DNA of 59,178 nucleotides, counting the filler. It is 4 parts of 4 records of this genome, joined end to end, with 100 filler letters (N's around TTAATTAATTAA, not from the genome) between each part and the next. Parts side by side here need not be neighbours in the genome. Positions count along the whole stretch, not along the records: positions 53,725 to 59,178 come from SRR20825006_2694; 3 more parts are not named here. The stretch is one strand, 5' to 3'. The notes under the pieces are model-generated. The model did no database searches and was not told the origin of the DNA. It was given only the letters and a program-made list of their open reading frames with translations. Below are positions 58,311 through 59,178 of this stretch, piece by piece. Position 1 is the stretch's first letter. Every line of letters begins with the position of its first letter. Both the position numbers and the translations under genes were made by a program.

Positions 58311-59177
58311 TTAGGCAGTTTTAAGCCGCTCAAACCCGGCTTCAAGATCCGCAATCAGGTCATCGGCGTCTTCAAGGCCGATATGCAGGCGGATCAGTTG
58401 GCCGTCTTCTTCCCATTTGGTTGCGGTGCGGATTTTGGCCGGGTCGGATGGCAAGATCAGGCTTTCAAAGCCACCCCAGCTAAAGCCCATGCCAAACAGT
58501 TCCATATGATCGACCATACTGGCGAGTTGGGTTTTCTCGACCGGGTCCATCACGAAAGAAAACAGGCCGCTTGCGCCCGAAAAATCGCGTTTCCAGATTG
58601 CATGGCCGGGATCATCGGGAAGGGCGGGATGCAGCACGCGTTTGACCTCGGCCCGTGATTGCAACCAGTTGGCAACTTTAAGGCCGCTTTCATGGTGTTG
58701 TTTCAAGCGAACCCCAAGGGTGCGCAACCCGCGCTGTGCGAGGTAACAATCACCGGGCCCAATCGCATCACCGGAAATCAGGACCTGTTTTTTGATCGTC
58801 AAAAGGTCTTCTTCGGTGGCGGTTGTGATAGTGCCCATCATGACGTCGGAATGGCCGACGATGTATTTGGTTCCGGCCTGAACCGACACATCGACACCCA
58901 ATTCAAACGGACGGCACAGAAGTGGTGATGCCCATGTGTTATCCAGCAGAACTTTAACGCCCCGCGCATGGGCGGCATCTGCAATCGCCGGAATGTCTTG
59001 CATCTCGAACGTCAGCGACCCCGGGCTTTCACACCAGACAAGCACTGTGTTGTCGCGGATAAGTTTTGCGATATCGCCGCCGATGGTCGGATCGTAATAT
59101 TCGGTTTCGACCCCGAACTTTTTAAGAAACGCATTACACAGGTTGCGAGTCGGGTAATAGGTGCTGTCGGTGACCAG
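58311..59177 (-). CDS. metC: cystathionine beta-lyase (5' end beyond window)
   Basis: Frame is open to the window edge (LVTDSTYYPTR…YYDP). 'ESPGS', 'DNTWA', PLP Lys in 'AGTKYIVGHSD', 'GFSWGGFESL' and 'RLHIGLE'. Confidence 0.92.
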   Translation of the reverse strand: MVTDSTYYPTRNLCNAFLKKFGVETEYYDPTIGGDIAKLIRDNTVLVWCESPGSLTFEMQDIPAIADAAHARGVKVLLDNTWASPLLCRPFELGVDVSVQAGTKYIVGHSDVMMGTITTATEEDLLTIKKQVLISGDAIGPGDCYLAQRGLRTLGVRLKQHHESGLKVANWLQSRAEVKRVLHPALPDDPGHAIWKRDFSGASGLFSFVMDPVEKTQLASMVDHMELFGMGFSWGGFESLILPSDPAKIRTATKWEEDGQLIRLHIGLEDADDLIADLEAGFERLKTA

Positions 59178-59178
59178 A

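Overview
This window is not one locus. It is four unrelated contigs joined by identical 100-bp artificial linkers (44 N + TTAATTAATTAA + 44 N at 11742-11841, 39860-39959 and 53625-53724). Taxon calls are inferred from protein types, base composition and promoter style. Contig 1 (1-11741, GC-rich, Rhodopirellula-like planctomycete) carries a PQQ-like beta-propeller, arfB, a UVR-motif protein, a RegB/RegA pair, a secreted Cys-Cys/Pro-Ala repeat protein, a lipoprotein, rlmN, a BON protein, a large exported hypothetical and three different REP-like palindromes. Contig 2 (11842-39859, Flavobacteriaceae, TAnnTTTG promoters) carries a probable SRP RNA 3' end, SDR, transaldolase, a CxxC-less TlpA-like lipoprotein, ABC-F, pheT, recG, M1 peptidase, patatin, a K+/H+ antiporter, an FMN glutamate-synthase-like protein, an all-exported DsrE / M20 amidohydrolase / vanadium haloperoxidase operon, a vWA lipoprotein, uvrD, an lpxH-like gene and partial aroC. 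Contig 3 (39960-53624, AT-rich, Balneola-like) carries class II RNR nrdJ, an intergenic DnaA-box cluster with a very AT-rich tract, a REC-PAS histidine kinase and a two-permease RND system. Contig 4 (53725-59178, Thalassospira-like alphaproteobacterium) carries zur-znuC-znuB, a SulP-STAS-cNMP transporter and partial metC. No CRISPR array, tRNA, rRNA or transposase was seen. The best candidates for undescribed biology are the exported DsrE-amidohydrolase-haloperoxidase module, the DnaA-box/AT-rich region upstream of nrdJ, the di-cysteine repeat protein and a shared ECF-type promoter upstream of two lipoprotein genes.
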